From NCBI GenBank assembly GCA_964580995.1, contig CAZOMV010000003.1:13073-77072 (forward strand): a stretch of 64,000 bases of DNA. The letters are read 5' to 3'. A model generated the notes under the pieces. It did no database searches. It was not told the origin of the DNA and saw only the letters and a program-made list of their open reading frames with translations. The translations under genes were made by a program, and so were the position numbers. This document shows positions 63,765-64,000 of this stretch, piece by piece. Position 1 is the stretch's first letter, and every line of letters begins with the position of its first letter. Source of the stretch: an uncultured Pirellulales bacterium. Lineage in GTDB: Bacteria > Planctomycetota > Phycisphaerae > Sedimentisphaerales > SM23-30.

Positions 63765-64000
63765 TCGGCAATTCCATGGCCGGCGTAGGTGAATTAGGCG
63801 TTACCAGGCTTTAAGGAACCATTTTTTGCATTATTTCATCGGCTTTTCCCAAAAAAATCAGAAAAATATAATTTAACCCTGGCCAGAAATCCGATATCCT
63901 GCTATAGTATTATGAAATAGATTGGTTCGCTGAACGTGTAAATCAGGTTTGAGACAGTTTCATTTCTGCTTCCACCAGAATTTCCCCTTCAACTTTCCAT

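Noticed and set aside
1-64000. I scanned all intergenic regions for tRNA, rRNA, tmRNA, RNase P, riboswitches and IS elements.
   Set aside because: I recognised no cloverleaf-compatible or conserved RNA signature by eye. A covariance-model scan (Infernal/Rfam, tRNAscan-SE) would be needed to exclude small RNAs, especially in 52742-53382, 53938-54345 and 59160-59686.

Overview
Gene-dense 64-kb chromosomal window with about 42 supported CDS. I found no rRNA, tRNA, CRISPR array, transposase or integrase. The protein signatures are DUF1559-type prepilin-like proteins, a PEP-CTERM tail, a dockerin-like tail, Tat-signal GH29 enzymes and many CAZymes. They suggest a polysaccharide-degrading member of the PVC group (Phycisphaerae-, Lentisphaerota- or Kiritimatiellota-like), but this is inference only. 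Layout: (i) 1-4.7 kb holds 5'-truncated ygiQ, an orphan sensor kinase, a small lipoprotein and a MazG-like gene. (ii) 4.7-12.5 kb is a minus-strand 6-deoxyhexose locus: two tandem GH29-like genes, an RhaT-like symporter, an RhaM-like mutarotase, an unassigned secreted protein and a URO-D-family gene, with a divergent AraC regulator. (iii) 12.5-25.2 kb is a housekeeping block: HIT, SurA-like PPIase, mfd, FHA, rho, coaE, an LptD-like gene and pfk. (iv) 25.3-46.2 kb is a co-directional ~21-kb CAZyme operon headed by a LacI repressor: GH36-like/SGNH fusion, two giant GH2-like paralogues, GH2 mannosidase-like, GH5-like, GH78, a GPH symporter and a second URO-D-family gene. (v) 46.2-60.6 kb is a compositionally patchy, AT-richer accessory region. 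It holds two prepilin-like genes, a 1071-aa internally duplicated beta-helix/propeller/dockerin protein, an ECF sigma fused to a membrane ectodomain, a PEP-CTERM protein, a secreted C39-like peptidase with a Cys-rich tail, and an ECF sigma/anti-sigma pair. (vi) 60.6-63.6 kb holds a coiled-coil gene, an unlisted 59-aa membrane ORF and mreBCD. The best candidates for something undescribed are the sigma/anti-sigma, C39-peptidase, PEP-CTERM cluster; the beta-propeller nested inside a beta-helix tail motif with a matching GC mosaic; the GH2-like paralogues whose catalytic barrel is split by 290-460-aa inserts; and the URO-D-family genes embedded twice in deoxyhexose loci. All family calls rest on motif recognition by eye. 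Domain boundaries were hand-counted and are approximate.
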